Below are positions 61,001-64,000 of a stretch of 64,000 nucleotides of DNA, in pieces. The DNA is from Microthyrium microscopicum (Eukaryota), in contig MU004231.1 of assembly GCA_010405405.1 (NCBI GenBank), positions 1,228,153 to 1,292,152 of the forward strand, given 5' to 3'. The notes beneath the pieces are model-generated. The model was given only the letters and a program-made list of their open reading frames with translations, was not told the DNA's origin and ran no database searches. The position numbers were made by a program, and so were the translations under genes. The stretch's first letter is position 1. Each line of letters starts with the position of its first letter.

Positions 61001-64000
61001 TAAGTAAGAAGTATATAACTATTAAAAGAAGAAGAAATATTAAGTATATATATCTAATTTAGAAGATAAGCTAAAGACTATTTTTATTATTAATAAAATA
61101 TTAAGATATTAAGCTTATATATTTAACCCTAACTTAGATAATAAGGAAGAGAATAAAGATATACTAAATTATAACTTTAACTTTAACCTAGAGCTAAATC
61201 TAGAGCCTATAAAGAAGACTTAGTCTAAATAATTAACTATAAAAGAATAAACATTTAATAAAGAACTTATTTTTACTAAAGAATAAATCTAGAGTATAGT
61301 CTAAGATATAATTAAATACTTATAAAAATTAGTAAAGCTAGAGTTTATAGTAATCTAAATCTCTTTAGTATCTATTACTAATAGTTTTTATCTAAGAAGT
61401 ATTTCTAAGATACTTATAGTTAATAATTAGTAGACTACTAAAGGTATAGCTTATTTATTAAAAGTAGAATATTACGTCTAAACTAATATATTAATTAATA
61501 TAAGAAGTAGAGTAATAGGTATTATATACCTAAATTTTATTTATTAATATAGTATTTCTATAATAAATCTATCTACTCTTTAAGTAATATAACTTACTAA
61601 TAGCAAAGTAGTTATTAAGGTAGATAAAGCTACTATAATAAATATACGTCTTAGTAAGTATATTAAGTAAATCTACTACTTTATTATAAATATTACTAAT
61701 TATAATATTATCCTTAAAAATTTATAGGTAAACCTCTATAAAGTTACCTTTAAAGGAGATAAGAAGGAAATCTACTTTAACTCTACTTATTACTTAGTAA
61801 ATTATCTACTCTATAGTTACTTAATATTAGTAGATTATAAAGGCTATTTTTATAACCTTACTAATTCTCTACTAAATAAGAAAAACGTTACTATAATTAA
61901 TATAGTAGCTTTTATAAAAATGCTAGAATAAAGATAAGAATTTAGTAAAGTATAGCTAGAAAATTTAGATAAAGATAAAGATAAAGCACTACTAGATTCT
62001 TTTATATTAAAAACGCTAAAAGAGAATATTATAATTAATCTTTCTAAGATATTTCTAGAAGACTATAAAAAGTAGTATAAGAAGTATAATTAGCCTCTAT
62101 TAAGTTAGGAAGAAATCTTAAAGAAACTACTAAAGGAATTCTATTACTATATTAATATCTTTAACCTAAAGCTAAGTAATAATTTAGTACTATACTATAG
62201 TAAATAGGACTACTCTATTAATATTATCCTTAATACTACTATTCCTAAGTAAAGATATAATATCCTCTTATATTAAGAATTACTAGTTATTAAGTAGTAT
62301 ATTAATTAAATACTTAGCTATAATTAAGTTTAAGCTAGTAAATTCTACTTTGCTATCCTAATATTATATATATATAAACCTAGAGGTAGTATCTACATCT
62401 ATATTAATTATTAAAGCTTAAATAAAATTACCTAGAAGAACTATAACGTTCTTCTATAACTACTAGAAACCTTAGCTAGAATATATTATATAAAATTCTT
62501 CTTAAAATTTAACATTATTATAGTCTTTACTTATATCTAAATTAAACTAGAAAATAAATATAAAACTATATTCCTTACTTATTATAGTCTCTATAAATTT
62601 AAGGTTATATTATTTAGCCTTATTAAAGCTCTAAGTATCTTTTAAGTATACTTAAATTACGTCCTTATAAAATACTTTAATAACTTTATTATAGGCTATA
62701 TAGATAACCTCTTAGTTTTTAGTAAGAGCTAAGATTAGCATACTATATATATCTACCTTATCCTAGAAGCTATAGGTAAAGTAGGCCTCTATCTTAATAT
62801 TAATAAGTATAACTTCTTTACTAAATAAATTAAATACCTTAGCCTTATTATTACTACTACTAGTATTAAAATAGATCTAGATAAAGTTAAAAACGTTACT
62901 AAATAGGCTTAACCTTTATTAATTAAAGACGTATAGGCGTTTCTAAGCTTTACTAATTTCTATTACTATTTTATTTATAGTTACTCCTAAATTACTACCT
63001 CTCTTACTATCTTTACTAAAAAAGATATAATAGTAATCTTTTTATAGAATCTAGATAGACCTAAGGACTACATATTTAAAAAGCTAAAAAAGGACTTTAC
63101 TACTATACTTATTCTTTATTACTTTAATTATATAAAGGAAATATAGTTAGAGATAGATGCCTTTAATTAGATATATACTATAGTACTTTCTTAGAAAGAT
63201 AAAGAAGGTAAATTATAGCTTATTATATTCCTATTAAAGAAGATAACTCTTACTAAATATAACTATAATATTTATAATAAAGAGTTATTAGTAATTATCT
63301 ACGCCTTTAAAGAATAGAAACTAAAGCTATTCTTTATAATAGATATAGTTAAGGTATTCTTAAACTACTAGAACTTATAAACTTTTATAATAACTAAAAA
63401 GCTATTTTACTAATAGATAAGATAAGCTAAATTCCTATCCTAATTCTACTTCTAAGTTTAGTATTACCCTAGTCTATTTAATAGCAAAGCTAATATACTT
63501 ACTTACTAATTATAAGATCTACCTTAGGATAATAATAACCTATAAGTCTCTTAATAAGTCTAACTACTATTATTCTCTTACTAATTTAATATTCTTTACG
63601 CTATTAAGTTAGCCTTACTATTAGTTAAACTAATAATACTATTAATTATATACTTAGTTACTCTTACTTAGAATAAGTTAGATATTTTAACCTTTATAAA
63701 GGAGTTAATAAATCCTATAAAGGGGCTAGCTAATAATAAAAGACTACCTAGAAAAGAGTTAATAAAACTCCTAGGAAATAATAAATTCCTAAATTTTAAT
63801 AATAATTAGTTTATATAGGATATAGTTTAAGAGTTTACTAGTAATAAAACTATAGAAGCTATCTAATAAGCTAAAGTAAACTACTAAACGTATCTACTCT
63901 TTAATATACCTAAGTAGGAAAGTATTAAGCTAGATAACTACGTAGTTACTATAAATAATATAATTCTATATTATAACTATATCTTTATTCTTTATAATAA
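58079..64000 (+). mobile_element. RIP-degraded chromovirus of a sister family to the intact element (5' LTR ~58079-58296, gag to ~60966, pol runs off the window)
   Basis: LTR TGTAATAA…TTATTATA followed by taatctatatac (cf. taatctacgtac). De-RIPped LIDTGSGAMGI (~61490), GYVDDLLVFS (~62695) and WLETDA (~63145) are collinear with the intact Pol. Confidence 0.88.

Larger units (their letters stand above)
35830..64000. other. AT-rich block mutated by repeat-induced point mutation (RIP), interrupted by one unmutated element at 41945-49605
   Basis: CpA and TpG are almost absent and TpA is very abundant; the ORF track lists nothing here. Retroelement motifs reappear when T>C and A>G are reversed. 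Confidence 0.95.

Noticed and set aside
35830..64000. Mitochondrial insertion or alternative genetic code to explain the AT-rich, stop-rich DNA
   Set aside because: Specific CpA/TpG loss and recoverable gypsy motifs are fully explained by RIP.

Overview
Eukaryotic DNA from a filamentous ascomycete (Pezizomycotina), judged from short GT-AG introns with CTRAY branch sites and from RIP; the lineage cannot be pinned from the sequence alone. The left ~35.8 kb is gene-dense: the 3' part of an acidic protein gene, a nonsense-disrupted gamma-glutamylcyclotransferase-like gene, APC4, a conserved single-TM protein and a Zn-alcohol dehydrogenase. These are followed by an N-acetylglucosamine (GlcNAc) utilisation cluster: dac1 <> ngs1 (GH3-GNAT sensor), ron1 (Ndt80-like TF), GlcNAc kinase and an NGT1-like transporter. 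No glucosamine-6-P deaminase gene is visible in the window. From ~35.8 kb to the end is an AT-rich block mutated by RIP, made of nested Ty3/gypsy retrotransposons: (i) a large RIP-destroyed host element with an unexplained ~900-codon segment between protease and RT; (ii) an intact chromovirus at 41945-49605 with identical 222-bp LTRs, a TAGTA target-site duplication, a self-priming PBS and a -1 frameshift signal; (iii) a RIP-destroyed sister chromovirus starting at 58079. The most unusual observations are two long, mutually homologous hairpin introns in the NGT1-like gene (introner-like), a GG 3' splice site in APC4, the oversized host retroelement, and a gene in gene-dense DNA carrying four RIP-type stop codons. 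All coordinates and alignments were read by eye; no searches were run.
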